A stretch of DNA of 64,000 bases from Candidatus Yanofskybacteria bacterium (GTDB lineage Bacteria > Patescibacteriota > Minisyncoccia > 2-02-FULL-40-12 > GWA2-44-9): contig JADZAY010000009.1 of NCBI GenBank assembly GCA_020852375.1, positions 12,690-76,689 on the forward strand, read 5' to 3'. The notes below the pieces were generated by a model. That model was not told the DNA's origin. It saw only the letters and a list, made by a program, of their open reading frames with translations, and made no database searches. Below are positions 27,937-37,198 of the stretch, one piece after another; within the stretch, counting starts at the first letter, position 1; each line of letters begins with the position of its first letter. The translations under genes were made by a program, and so were the position numbers.

Positions 27937-30074
27937 CCGAGCCCAGCCTGAGCGCTCACAGCCGCTTCCCAGTTTTTGAACTGGGGGTCTTGGTCTGGAT
28001 ATGCAGGGAATGGGCCGGTTGGATCATTCCGATCCACGTACCACAGGATCGAGTGTGGTTGCGGGTATTCTTGCGAGACATACAACCCGTTCAGCATGAT
28101 CTTGTTCGTTACAATCGGATCCGGCTTAACGAACGATTCGGCGGGGGTGCTGTTCAACGCCGAGACCATAAAAGCATTCCAAAGCGGCCCGGCGGCACTA
28201 ATACCAGCTCCTGCGGCGGTCATTGATTGATTACGATTGTTTCCGATCCATACCACTGTCGCGATTGATGGGGTGTAGCCAACAACCCACGCATCCCGAT
28301 TTTCTTGCGTCGTACCGGTTTTAGCGGCGACATCGCGACCCGGCACAACAAGCGCGTTGTTAGCTCCAAACACCGCTGAGCGCGCCCCATTGTCACTCAA
28401 CACATCGTTTACAAGACGGGCTGTTTGCGCATCGAGCACACGCTCTTGCGTAGCTCTTCGTTCTTCGAGAACCGTTCCATCATTCGCTTCGATGCGCTGG
28501 ATCATACTCCACGGTGTGCGGATGCCTTCATTCGCAAACACTCCGTATGCCGAGACAAGATCGACGGGGCGAACTTCAGCGCCGCCAAGGACCAACGAAA
28601 GACCGAAGCGAGAGCGGTCGGAAAGGGTTGTGATGCCCATGCGTGTCGCAAGGTCGATCGTATCATCGACGCCAGCAAGGTAGAGCGTTTTTACCGATGT
28701 GGTGTTGAGCGAGCGAGCGAGCGATTGGCGGAGAGTGACCGGGCCAGAATATTTTCCGTTATAGTTTTGTGGATGATAACAGTCTTGTCCGGTCGAGTCT
28801 TTCTTTGCTGATGCGTCAGGTGGGCAGAGCGGGTTGAACTCTGTTTTCACATCCCATAATACCGTGGTGTCGGGGAATCCCTTCGCGAATGCCGCAGCAT
28901 ACGCGAAGGGCTTGAATGCTGACCCCGGCTGTCGCTGTGCGGTGGCAACGTTGTAGTTTCCTTCGTTTTCGGTATCAAAGTAGTTTGCGGAACCGACCAA
29001 CGCGAGCACACCACCCGTCTTGGGGTCGAGCGCAACGAGCGCTGCGTTCGAAGCCTTGTACTTTTCCTTGTTGATCGCGGCGTATTTTGCGACAAGCTCT
29101 TCCGCCTTCTTTTGCAGTTCTGCATCGAGCGTTGTGATGATCTTAAATCCGCCCGAAGAAACAATGTCGCTTCCGTATTTCTGGGTGACATACTCTCGCG
29201 CCATAACAACAAAATGAGGCGCAACGAGTGCGCTCGATTTTGGTTTGAAGGTGAGTGTCTCCGCGAGCGCCGAATTACGCGCTTGTTCGCTAATGTATCC
29301 GAGTTGGAACATTCGGCCTATGACATAATCCTTTCGAGCCATCAACTCGTCTCTGTGGCTGCCGTACGGAGAAAGGTATGATGGACGCTGAACAAGCGAT
29401 GCGAGGAGGGCTGCCTGTGCGATGGTGAGGTCGGCCGCCGGTGTGCCGAAGTATGTTTGGCTCGCCGCCTCGATCCCGTAGGCGTTCGAACCATACGGAA
29501 CTTGGTTGAGATACATTTCGAATATCTGGTCCTTGGTGAAGCGGCGCTCGACTTCGATGGCTAAGATAAGCTCCTCAACCTTTCGTGTGATCGTCTTTTC
29601 TCGGCCAACAAGAGCGTTTCCAACGAGTTGCTGGGTGAGTGTGGATCCGCCGCCCGATCCGTATCCGCGCTCAACATTGCGCAGCAGTGAACGCGCGATG
29701 CCTTTTATATCGAAACCTTTGTGTTCATAGAACCCGCTGTCTTCGACGGCGAGGGTCGCGTGTTTGATGTTTTCTCCCATCCGATCCCATGGGACAACGG
29801 TGCGCTTTTCCTCGTCGAAAATGTCGTATAAAACGACCGTACCAGTTCGGTCATAGATCTTTGTCGATTCTTTGACTTGGCGGGATACGATAGACTCGGG
29901 ATCCGGGGTTCTGCTTTTCGCATACAGAACGAACAACGAGACTCCAATAAGGCCGAGTGTGATACACCAAGCAATAATGGTAAGAAGGCCGTGTGCGCGG
30001 GCGGCGAGCGTCGTCGGAGAGTGGAACGTGTTTCGGTTGAGGGGAACGCGCCGAAAGAAAGGATGAAGTTTCAC
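27930..30074 (-). CDS. Class A penicillin-binding protein (PBP1A family)
   Basis: EDSGFYEHKG, GGSTLTQQL, SAFK, SLN, KTGT. Confidence 0.95.
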   Translation of the reverse strand: MKLHPFFRRVPLNRNTFHSPTTLAARAHGLLTIIAWCITLGLIGVSLFVLYAKSRTPDPESIVSRQVKESTKIYDRTGTVVLYDIFDEEKRTVVPWDRMGENIKHATLAVEDSGFYEHKGFDIKGIARSLLRNVERGYGSGGGSTLTQQLVGNALVGREKTITRKVEELILAIEVERRFTKDQIFEMYLNQVPYGSNAYGIEAASQTYFGTPAADLTIAQAALLASLVQRPSYLSPYGSHRDELMARKDYVIGRMFQLGYISEQARNSALAETLTFKPKSSALVAPHFVVMAREYVTQKYGSDIVSSGGFKIITTLDAELQKKAEELVAKYAAINKEKYKASNAALVALDPKTGGVLALVGSANYFDTENEGNYNVATAQRQPGSAFKPFAYAAAFAKGFPDTTVLWDVKTEFNPLCPPDASAKKDSTGQDCYHPQNYNGKYSGPVTLRQSLARSLNTTSVKTLYLAGVDDTIDLATRMGITTLSDRSRFGLSLVLGGAEVRPVDLVSAYGVFANEGIRTPWSMIQRIEANDGTVLEERRATQERVLDAQTARLVNDVLSDNGARSAVFGANNALVVPGRDVAAKTGTTQENRDAWVVGYTPSIATVVWIGNNRNQSMTAAGAGISAAGPLWNAFMVSALNSTPAESFVKPDPIVTNKIMLNGLYVSQEYPQPHSILWYVDRNDPTGPFPAYPDQDPQFKNWEAAVSAQAGLGY

Positions 30075-30137
30075 AGAGCGAATATACCACAAAAACACCG
30101 TATTTACAATGATTTTGAGAAACGGTACAATGCCAAC

Positions 30138-31289
30138 ATGGATGCACACGAGAGAATAGATTTCGCCAAAAAACTCCTCAGTCGCAGATCCGAAGCGCGG
30201 TATCCCTCTGATGATATTGTGCTTGAGCGCATCGCGGGAGAGAAGAAGCTCACCATCTACTTCGGTATCGACCCGACGGGAGCCGACATCCACCTCGGGC
30301 ACACGGTCGCACTCCTCCTACTCAAAGGCCTTGCCGAGCTCGGGCACGATATTGTGCTGCTCGTCGGCGACTTTACTGCGCGCATCGGGGATCCAACCGG
30401 TAAGGACGCGGCTCGCGTCGCGCTCTCCGGTGAGCAGATCGATGAGAACATGAAAACCTATCAGGAGCAGGTGGCAAAGGTTCTTCCAGCGCAACGCTTT
30501 CGAATCGCATATAACGGCGAGTGGTTGAGCGCCCTGACCATGGAGCAGGTACTAAAGCTTACGAGTATGGTAACCGTGCAGCAGATGATGCAGCGCGACA
30601 TGTTCCAACGGCGGCAAGCCGAGGGGAGGCCTATTCATGTGAGCGAATTCCTGTACCCGCTCATGCAGGGGTACGACTCGGTCGCACTTCAAACCGACGG
30701 CGAGGTTGGCGGGAACGACCAAACGTTCAACATGCTCGTTGGGCGCGAGCTTGAGCGCGAGATCATTGGGAAGGATAAGATCGTGATCACAACGCCGCTT
30801 CTAGTAGACGCGACGACCGGGAAGAAAATGAGCAAATCGGAGGGAACGCTCATTGCGCTCAGCGATTCACCGCAGGAGATCAGACGGAAGGTTCTCGATG
30901 TGGACGACAAAATGATCCGGACCCTTTTTGAGTTGTGCACGGAGCGAGACCAAGCGTGGATCGACGAACGCTGCCCGGAGGGGAGGGCCCCCAATGATCC
31001 TCGCGGGATGAAAGAGGATCTTGCGGCTGAGCTGGTCCGCATGTATCACGGCGAAGAGGCTGTTGTGGATGCCGGGAAGGCCGCCGAGGTAGCGATCAAA
31101 GAGGGTAGTATGCCGATCGCCATGTTTCTCAAAGAGTACGGTTTCGCACGCTCTATGTCGGAGGCGAAGACCCTTGTATCAGAGGGCGCGGTGCGTGTGA
31201 ATGATGAAATTCAGAAAGGGTGGGAGTATGAGGTTAAGAAGGGGGACACGATCAAGATCGGAAAGGGGCGGTTCGCGAGATTGGTCTAA
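30138..31289 (+). CDS. tyrS: Tyrosine--tRNA ligase
   Basis: GIDPTG, HLGH, YPLMQGYD, KMSKS, S4 domain. Confidence 0.97.
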   Translation: MDAHERIDFAKKLLSRRSEARYPSDDIVLERIAGEKKLTIYFGIDPTGADIHLGHTVALLLLKGLAELGHDIVLLVGDFTARIGDPTGKDAARVALSGEQIDENMKTYQEQVAKVLPAQRFRIAYNGEWLSALTMEQVLKLTSMVTVQQMMQRDMFQRRQAEGRPIHVSEFLYPLMQGYDSVALQTDGEVGGNDQTFNMLVGRELEREIIGKDKIVITTPLLVDATTGKKMSKSEGTLIALSDSPQEIRRKVLDVDDKMIRTLFELCTERDQAWIDERCPEGRAPNDPRGMKEDLAAELVRMYHGEEAVVDAGKAAEVAIKEGSMPIAMFLKEYGFARSMSEAKTLVSEGAVRVNDEIQKGWEYEVKKGDTIKIGKGRFARLV

Positions 31290-31321
31290 AACAATTCCCG
31301 GGATGTCCCGGGAATTGTTTT
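31288..31321. terminator. Bidirectional terminator
   Basis: AAAACAATTCCCGGGA-TG-TCCCGGGAATTGTTTT. Confidence 0.75.
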
Positions 31322-31457
31322 ATTCGAGGTCTTCCTCATCATCAGCCTCATCTTCTTCGCGCTTCTTTTTCTCATCCTCGCCCTCTTCCTCCTCATCGTC
31401 TTCCTCGTCATCCGCTTCCTCCTCTTCGTCGTAGTCCTCGTACTCGTCCTCAGCCAT
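31320..31457 (-). CDS. 45-aa highly acidic microprotein (not in the ORF track)
   Basis: MAEDEYEDYDEEEEADDEEDDEEEEGEDEKKKREEDEADDEEDLE; promoter TTGACA-16-TACAAT at 31595-31568; terminator at the stop. Confidence 0.75.
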   Translation of the reverse strand: MAEDEYEDYDEEEEADDEEDDEEEEGEDEKKKREEDEADDEEDLE

Positions 31458-31591
31458 TAAAAACATTCGAAGATCGTCCATAGCGTGCGGTGCGAGCTTC
31501 TCCCCGGGTGAATACGAGAAAGTAGTAGTTCTCCCGAGGGTTCGCGCAACACCTCGTTACGAAAGGTATTGTAGTCAGGCGGCGCTGCCTG

Positions 31592-32068
31592 TCAACGCGG
31601 TGCTCGGTGTGCGGCGCTTGAACAGAGAGCGATGGCAAGCGCGTCCGCAGCGTCATCGGGGCGGATCGTTTCCGAGATGCGAAGGATCATCCGAACCATG
31701 TGCTGCACTTGATCTTTTTTTGCGCCACCGTGCCCGCATACCTGCTGCTTTACCTGGAGGGGCGTGAACTCATAGATCGGGAGCGCTCGCTGGGCGAGGG
31801 TGAGCATGAGAACGCCGCGCATCTCACTTACTGGCATTGCCGACTTCTTATTGTTCAAGAAAAAAAGCCGCTCAATGCCTACCGCATCGGGTTTCCAGGT
31901 GTTGAGGAGCTCCAAGCACTGCTGGGCGACCGATACTTTATCGGCCTGCCCATCTTTTCCTGGTGTTGTAAGAACACCCCATGCGAGCGGGGTGAGCACC
32001 GCTCCGGAGTCTTCAATGACCCCGTATCCGATGCGTGTGGTGCCGGGGTCGATGCCGAGAAATCTCAT
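31592..32068 (-). CDS. ruvC: Holliday junction resolvase
   Basis: LGIDPG, IERLFF, DDAADALAIA. Confidence 0.96.
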   Translation of the reverse strand: MRFLGIDPGTTRIGYGVIEDSGAVLTPLAWGVLTTPGKDGQADKVSVAQQCLELLNTWKPDAVGIERLFFLNNKKSAMPVSEMRGVLMLTLAQRALPIYEFTPLQVKQQVCGHGGAKKDQVQHMVRMILRISETIRPDDAADALAIALCSSAAHRAPR

Positions 32069-32778
32069 GTGTATTCGAATGAGCGCTCGTACGTTGTGTA
32101 TACAGCCTGAACGTCGTCATGATCTTCAAGGGCGCTTACAAAAGCGTCTGCTGCAGCACGCTCAGCCTCGTTGGATATCGGAGCCGGTGTAGTGGGGATG
32201 AGGGTGATCTCCGCTGATGCGACGATGTCTCCCAACACAGAGCGGACGGCATCGAGTTTTTCTGGAGACGTGTAAATAACCGACACGCCGTCTTCATCGA
32301 GGACGTCGTCGGCGCCAGCGTCGATCGCTCGCAGCTGGAGATCCGGGGTAGCGGGTGCCGCAAGAACGATCAGCCCGATCTTCTTAAACATCCACACCAC
32401 CGATCCTTGTCCGGCAAGCCGCGCATTGTGGGACGCGGCGATCTGACGCAGCTCATTGATGGTTCTATTGCTCGAATCAGTGATCGCACGAACGACCACC
32501 CCTGCATTTCCGGGACCGATGAATTCTAGGGATAGCTCGGAGAGCGTGTCGGCCGCCTCCGTGGTCTTTCGGATCGCGCGTTCAATATTTTCGAGCGGCA
32601 TATTCACCGCGCGAGCCCGCTCAATCTCCGCCTTGAGGCGGCTATTCGTTGCGGGGTCAGTGTTTCCCCGAGCGGCGATCGTGATCGCGCGTGAGAGCTT
32701 TCCGAACAGCGCCCCCTTTTTTGCATCCGCGATCGCCTTCTTGTGCTTGATTTGTGACCACTTTGAATGTCCGGCCAT
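32065..32778 (-). CDS. yebC: YebC/PmpR family protein
   Basis: MAGHSKWSQIKHKK, LEDHDDVQAVY. Confidence 0.96.
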   Translation of the reverse strand: MAGHSKWSQIKHKKAIADAKKGALFGKLSRAITIAARGNTDPATNSRLKAEIERARAVNMPLENIERAIRKTTEAADTLSELSLEFIGPGNAGVVVRAITDSSNRTINELRQIAASHNARLAGQGSVVWMFKKIGLIVLAAPATPDLQLRAIDAGADDVLDEDGVSVIYTSPEKLDAVRSVLGDIVASAEITLIPTTPAPISNEAERAAADAFVSALEDHDDVQAVYTTYERSFEYT

Positions 32779-32791
32779 GAGTGTATCCGAC

Positions 32792-33814
32792 TCAAAAATC
32801 CAATCCGAGCGTGTCGGGATCGGAGACCCCGATATGCTCGCGGCCAGCTTTGGTGATAACCCGCCCCTTCGTCGTCCTCGCAAGGAATCCAAGCCGCATG
32901 AGGTAGGGCTCGTACACGTCTTCAATGGTGGCTTCTTCTTCGGCAACCGTGGCAGCTATCGACTTTAAGCCGACGGGACCCCCGGAAAAGGTTGTGGCGA
33001 TCGCGCGGAGGATCCGGCGATCGGTCTCCTCAAGGCCCTGAGGGTCGACTTCAAGGAGTTGGAGCGCTGCTTGCGCTACGGTATTGGTGATCGTATCGAT
33101 CCCGTTCACTTGGGCATAATCGCGAACACGCTTCAAGAGGCGATTGGCGACGCGGGGGGTTGCACGGGCTGACCGGGCAATACGGGAGAGCGCCTGTGGT
33201 TCGATCGCTACTGACAGAAGACTTGCGGAGCGAGCAAGAATTCGCTCGATTTCTTCCGGTGTGTAGTACTCGAGCCGGAAGCTTGACCCGAACCGGGATC
33301 GGAACGGAGCCGACAGCATGGATATTTTTGTTGTCGCGGCGACAAGCGTAAAGCGGGGGAGATCGATTTGGAGTGTTTTTGCGGCGTTTCCTTTTCCGAT
33401 GACGATGTCCAGTTTGAAGTTCTCCATCGCGGGGTAGATGACCTCTTCAATGGTCTTGTTGAGGCGATGAACCTCGTCAATGAAAAGCACGTCACCGTCC
33501 TGGAGCCCAGTGAGAATGGAGCCGACGTCGCCAGCCTTCTCGAGGGCTGTCCCCGATGTCATGCGGACGTTCGTGTTGAGCTCGCGCGCAATAAGATACG
33601 CAAGCGTTGTTTTCCCAAGGCCGGAGGGGCCATGGAGAAGGACGTGCTCCGGAGTCTCATTGCGTTTTTTTGCCGCCCCTAATACAATACGAAGATTCTC
33701 CTTCGTTTTTTCTTGCCCGATATACTCGTCGAAGGTGCGGGGGCGAAGGGTTAGGTCGAGGACCTGGTCATCCGGGCCGGTCTGTGGCCCGGTTTGTGGG
33801 CTCTTGACATTCAT
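32792..33814 (-). CDS. ruvB: Holliday junction branch migration helicase
   Basis: LRPRTFDEYIGQ, GPSGLGKTT, IDEVHR, EPYLMRLG. Confidence 0.97.
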   Translation of the reverse strand: MNVKSPQTGPQTGPDDQVLDLTLRPRTFDEYIGQEKTKENLRIVLGAAKKRNETPEHVLLHGPSGLGKTTLAYLIARELNTNVRMTSGTALEKAGDVGSILTGLQDGDVLFIDEVHRLNKTIEEVIYPAMENFKLDIVIGKGNAAKTLQIDLPRFTLVAATTKISMLSAPFRSRFGSSFRLEYYTPEEIERILARSASLLSVAIEPQALSRIARSARATPRVANRLLKRVRDYAQVNGIDTITNTVAQAALQLLEVDPQGLEETDRRILRAIATTFSGGPVGLKSIAATVAEEEATIEDVYEPYLMRLGFLARTTKGRVITKAGREHIGVSDPDTLGLDF

Positions 33815-33832
33815 TACAAAATAGAATAAAAT
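33804..33832 (+). promoter_or_regulatory. sigma70 promoter TTGACA-17-TAAAAT
   Basis: Consensus -35 at 33804-33809, -10 at 33827-33832. Confidence 0.8.
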
Positions 33833-33840
33833 AGTTTCAC

Positions 33841-34066
33841 GATAGCAGCAGAACGGTTGAGTGTGAGAGGACCTCTATAATCTGTAGGCAACTGAGCTCA
33901 GTGCCCTTAGCACCCCGGGCTCAGTCGGGATATTATCTTAGCTTGGAAGGTCTGGTTCCGACTGGATCTCTCCTCGGAATTATCCTGTCCCACGTCCCTA
34001 TGGATGTGGATATTGCCTACAGGTTATAAAGGTCCTCTTTTCGTATCTGACACCGTGCTCGCTATC
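33841..34066 (+). ncRNA. Unassigned ~226-nt highly structured RNA (four-way junction; 6S-like candidate)
   Basis: End-to-end pairing, long near-perfect stem, three inner hairpins, G-U wobbles favour the + strand, upstream promoter. Confidence 0.75.
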
Positions 34067-35735
34067 CCAACACCCGGCGGACCTCCTCTAAGGATGTGGC
34101 TCCTTCCAGCATCTTCAGGTATCCGTCCTGGAGCATGGTGACCATTCCTTCTTGTATCGCCATGTCTCGGATGTCGGTCACCGATGGGGCCGTGAGGATG
34201 AGGCGCTCCATCTCACGGGTCACCTCGAACACTTCGTACACGCCGACGCGCCCCTTATACCCGATGCCGTTGCACTCCTGACATCCGACCGGCTCCCATA
34301 CAGAGGTATCCGGTCCGATGGCTTTCAGGCCGAATCGTTCAGCGATGGGGGAAATCTCGGCGCCGATCCTTTTTTGATCTTCCGCGGAAAGCCGCCCCTC
34401 TTTCTTACATGCTTGGCATAACCGGCGCACGAGCCGCTGTCCCATCGCCATAGTGAGCGCCGGGGCTATGGTTTCGGGCTTCACTCCGAGCGCCAGAAGG
34501 CGGGGGATGGTGCCCGCGGCGTCATTCGTGTGAATGGTCGAGAGGACCAGGTGGCCGGTGAGGGCCGCCTCCATTGCGATGTCGGCTGTTTCGAGGTCGC
34601 GAATCTCACCGATGAGAATGATGTCGGGGTCCTGACGAACGATCGCCCGAAGTCCGCCAGCGAAGGTGTAGCCCTTTTCCGGTTCGACTTGGGTCTGGTT
34701 GATGCCCTTGATGTGGTATTCGATCGGATCCTCGACGGTGATGATCTTTGTGTCGGGCGTGTTCAGCTCGTTCACGAATGCGTAGAGCGTGGTCGTTTTC
34801 CCTGAACCGGTCGGTCCGGTCGTCAGGAATGTCCCTTGCGGCTTCTTGATGAGCTCGCGAACGCGCTCAAGTACGTCGGGGCGCATGCCGAGATCCTCTA
34901 TGGATGCGCGGACGCTCCGCGGATCAAGAAGGCGCATGACGATGGACTCCCCATACTCGCTCGGGAGCACCGAAACGCGAACCTCGATTTCCACATCACT
35001 CTGGCGGATCGTGAAGCGGCCATCTTGGGGCGCTGCAGTGATGTTCAGCTTCAGTTTCGAGAGCACCTTTATCCGGTTTAGAACCCGATGATAGCGTGGC
35101 GACGCAAGCACGAGAACGTCGTGGAGTAGGCCGTCGAGGCGATACCGGAGACGCGTTCCGTCAACTTCCGGTTCGAAGTGAATATCCGAGGCGCTCAACG
35201 AGAGGGCTCCGGCGACGAGTATCTCAAGAAGTTGGGTATCCGAGACCGATGAGACCGAACCCTTCAGGTCTTCGATGCTTTGGATACGCTCCTGTGCCTG
35301 AGCCATAGCGGCGTCATCAACGCGGATAGAGCCGACCTCGAACGCAGTCGCTGATTTAATGGTCGCGTAGCGCTCAAGAACCTGGTCGAACGTCTCTTGG
35401 GAAACGATGAGTGTGACGAGTGCCGGAAAGCGGCTCCCGAGGGTCTCGAGGGTTTGCTTTGCTGCCGGAGTTCGAGGGTCGACGGTGATGGCGACTGCTG
35501 GGCCACCGGACGACTGAATGAGGGCGACGCCGGACGCTCGAGAATCGCTTTCGGGGAGCCCGGCAAGCGCTTCCGGATCGACAACGAGGTCTTTCAGCTC
35601 AGCGAACGGGAGAGAAAGTTCTTGGGCGAGCGACTGGGCGGACAGAGCGCGCCCTTTCGCGCCGATCTCCGAGAGCTTTTTCTCAAGCTCCGCGGCTGCG
35701 GTGTCTGCAGGCTTCGTTCCCGATGATGTCGACAT
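34062..35735 (-). CDS. pilB: Type IV pilus assembly / GspE-family ATPase
   Basis: ASDIHFEP, GPTGSGKTTT, EDPIEY, RQDPD, GEIRD, tetracysteine motif. Confidence 0.9.
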   Translation of the reverse strand: MSTSSGTKPADTAAAELEKKLSEIGAKGRALSAQSLAQELSLPFAELKDLVVDPEALAGLPESDSRASGVALIQSSGGPAVAITVDPRTPAAKQTLETLGSRFPALVTLIVSQETFDQVLERYATIKSATAFEVGSIRVDDAAMAQAQERIQSIEDLKGSVSSVSDTQLLEILVAGALSLSASDIHFEPEVDGTRLRYRLDGLLHDVLVLASPRYHRVLNRIKVLSKLKLNITAAPQDGRFTIRQSDVEIEVRVSVLPSEYGESIVMRLLDPRSVRASIEDLGMRPDVLERVRELIKKPQGTFLTTGPTGSGKTTTLYAFVNELNTPDTKIITVEDPIEYHIKGINQTQVEPEKGYTFAGGLRAIVRQDPDIILIGEIRDLETADIAMEAALTGHLVLSTIHTNDAAGTIPRLLALGVKPETIAPALTMAMGQRLVRRLCQACKKEGRLSAEDQKRIGAEISPIAERFGLKAIGPDTSVWEPVGCQECNGIGYKGRVGVYEVFEVTREMERLILTAPSVTDIRDMAIQEGMVTMLQDGYLKMLEGATSLEEVRRVLG

Positions 35736-35924
35736 ATCTGCATGCACCATACTGGAGGGCGGCCTTTTGTAAACGACGGAATGTGGACAACAACTCGCCG
35801 ACGGACCCGACTTTGCGGAGAGGGGTTGACTTTGTGGATATTTTTGATACCATGTCCTTATTCATTCGAGGTCCGCATACGCGGGCCTCGAAGTGTATCG
35901 TACCAACAATTTCATATCGGAAGC

Positions 35925-37178
35925 ATGATAGACATCAAGCAGTTTATGTCTGCTATCAAGCAGATCGCAGAGGAGAAGGGTATCTCCCAGGAGAACGTCC
36001 TGGAGACCGTTGAGGCGGCGCTCGCAGCCGCGTACAAGCGCGACTACGGCAAGAAGGGACAGATCATCAAGGTGAAGCTCAACGCCGATTCTGGCGAGAT
36101 GGATATCACTCAGACCCACTTCGTGGTGGAGGGGGTTGATGAGGAGGGGTATATCACCGGACAGCTTCCCGAAAAAGTTGCACAGGATCGCATCGATATC
36201 GTCGACATTCAGCGCCAGCGCGAAGCTGGGCAGGCGATTGTCGGGGATCACGTTGTCACCGAGGAGGGGACCCTTCGTGTGAAGTTCAACCCGGAGAAGC
36301 ACATCACCATCGAAGACGCGCGTGCAAAGAAGAAGGACGCTGCCGTTGGCGACGAGATCATCGAGACGCTCGAGGCGAAGAGCGACTTCGGGCGCATTGC
36401 CGCGCAGACGGCGAAACAGGTGGTCATCCAGCGTCTCCGAGAAGCTGAGCGCGGCGCGGTAATGACCGAATATAAAGGCAAAGAAGGGACCCTGATCAGT
36501 GGCGTTGTGCAGCGCCGTGAAGGGCCGCTGGTGTTCATCGATCTCGGGAAGGTGAGCGGAATTCTCCCGGTGGCCGAGCAGATGCCGAGTGACCATTATC
36601 GTATCGGCCAGCGCCTTCGCTTCTATGTCGTGAAGGTCGAGGATACCGTTCGCGGTCCTGCGATCATCTTGTCGCGCGCACATCCGAACCTGGTCCGTGA
36701 GCTGTTCCGCATGGAGGTTCCGGAGATCGACAGCGGCGCCGTCAAAGTTCTCGGCATTGCTCGTGAGGCGGGGAGCCGGACGAAGATCGCCGTCGCATCG
36801 GCGGAGGACGGCGTTGATCCGATCGGATCGCTCGTCGGGCAGCGTGGGGTACGCGTCCAGACCGTGATCAACGATCTCGCCGGTGAGAAGATCGATATCA
36901 TCCAGTACGACGAAGACGCGGCGCGATACATCGCGAACGCGCTGTCTCCGGCGAAGATCCTTCAGGTGAATCTGACCGATATGGAGCACCGCATCGCCCT
37001 CGCCGAAGTCGCCGATGATCAATTCTCACTTGCGATCGGGAAGGGCGGACAGAACGTCCGTCTTGCCGCCAAGCTGACCGGATGGAAGATCGATGTGCGG
37101 AGCCCGAAGGAGACCGCATCATCGGAGGTCTCGACCGAGCAAGGCGCCGCCGAAGAGGCCGCTCCGGCTGCGGAGTAA
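35925..37178 (+). CDS. nusA: Transcription termination/antitermination factor NusA
   Basis: FGRIAAQTAKQV, S1 domain, AREAGSRTKIAV, AIGKGGQNVRLA. Confidence 0.97.
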   Translation: MIDIKQFMSAIKQIAEEKGISQENVLETVEAALAAAYKRDYGKKGQIIKVKLNADSGEMDITQTHFVVEGVDEEGYITGQLPEKVAQDRIDIVDIQRQREAGQAIVGDHVVTEEGTLRVKFNPEKHITIEDARAKKKDAAVGDEIIETLEAKSDFGRIAAQTAKQVVIQRLREAERGAVMTEYKGKEGTLISGVVQRREGPLVFIDLGKVSGILPVAEQMPSDHYRIGQRLRFYVVKVEDTVRGPAIILSRAHPNLVRELFRMEVPEIDSGAVKVLGIAREAGSRTKIAVASAEDGVDPIGSLVGQRGVRVQTVINDLAGEKIDIIQYDEDAARYIANALSPAKILQVNLTDMEHRIALAEVADDQFSLAIGKGGQNVRLAAKLTGWKIDVRSPKETASSEVSTEQGAAEEAAPAAE

Positions 37179-37198
37179 TCGGATCTCCGCATCATCCT

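Noticed and set aside
31592-33814. ruvA missing from the ruvB-yebC-ruvC cluster
   Set aside because: It may lie outside the window; absence cannot be claimed
33841-34066. SRP RNA, tmRNA or RNase P RNA identity for the structured region
   Set aside because: No GGAA/GNRA helix-8 motif with AGCAG, no tRNA-Ala-like ends or tag ORF, no GAGGAAAGTCC P4 signature
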